A stretch of DNA of 64,000 nt from Actinomycetes bacterium. Lineage in GTDB: Bacteria; Actinomycetota; Actinomycetes; Prado026. The DNA is taken from assembly GCA_038252405.1 (NCBI GenBank), contig JBBSAJ010000008.1, positions 26,866-90,865 of the forward strand, given 5' to 3'. Of this stretch, positions 63,706 to 64,000 are shown piece after piece. The notes under the pieces are model-generated. The model did no database searches. It had not been told where the DNA came from and worked only from the letters and a program-made list of their open reading frames with translations. Position 1 is the first letter of the stretch, and every line of letters begins with the position of its first letter. The position numbers and the translations under genes were made by a program.

Positions 63706-64000
63706 CGCCGCCAGCACGGCGATCCCAGCGGCGGTGGCGAGGCCGAAGGCCACCATGGTGGCCGGGACGCCGAACGCGGCGGCACCCTGGCCGAGCAGGG
63801 ACGCGCCGATCGGGGTGGTGCCGGCCATCAGCAGCACGAACAGGCCCATCACCCGGCCCCTCAGTTGGTCGGGGACGAACAGCTGGAGGCGGGTGTTCGC
63901 GGTGGTGGTGAACACGGTGCCGCTGATCCCTGCCAGCCCCATCAGCGTGAGGCTGACCGGGTAGGAGTGGGACATCCCGAGCAGCACCAAAACGCCGGCC
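63655..64000 (-). CDS. MFS transporter C-terminal end (partial)
   Basis: LQLFVPDQLRGRVMG..., hydrophobic helices; starts outside the window. Confidence 0.8.
   Translation of the reverse strand, partial: AGVLVLLGMSHSYPVSLTLMGLAGISGTVFTTTANTRLQLFVPDQLRGRVMGLFVLLMAGTTPIGASLLGQGAAAFGVPATMVAFGLATAAGIAVLAARARSTRRTSTGRRAHP

Overview
High-GC actinobacterial chromosome segment made mostly of conserved housekeeping blocks: rlmN-cdsA-frr-pyrH-tsf-rpsB; whiG-xerC-dprA-comM-yraN; rnhB-lepB-rplS-trmD-rimM-khpA-rpsP-ffh; glnD-glnK-amtB; ftsY-smc-mutM-rnc-rpmF-coaD-rsmD-recG-DAK2-rpmB; thiL-ddl-gpsA-plsC-cofC; and hupB-leuDC-IclR. The main accessory feature is a 5.2-kb element inserted exactly in the Walker B codons of comM (17088-22286). 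It has a 9-bp duplicated core and 20-bp inverted arms that rebuild a symmetric 50-bp attP-like site, but I found no recombinase gene inside it. Its cargo is a 5'-truncated, frameshifted Rhs gene with an HNH-type nuclease tip, followed by a translationally coupled candidate immunity gene. Excision would restore a 516-aa ComM. Other signals read from the sequence are a tandem 12-bp motif shared by the yraN-comM-dprA and M23-peptidase promoters, a CsoR-type palindrome over a glutaredoxin plus orphan groES promoter, a GntR operator pair, a GlnR box, REP-like hairpins, and several internal deletions (khpA, paiB, pip/MFS, rhs). No rRNA, tRNA or CRISPR array was seen. All product calls come from motif recognition and synteny, not database searches.
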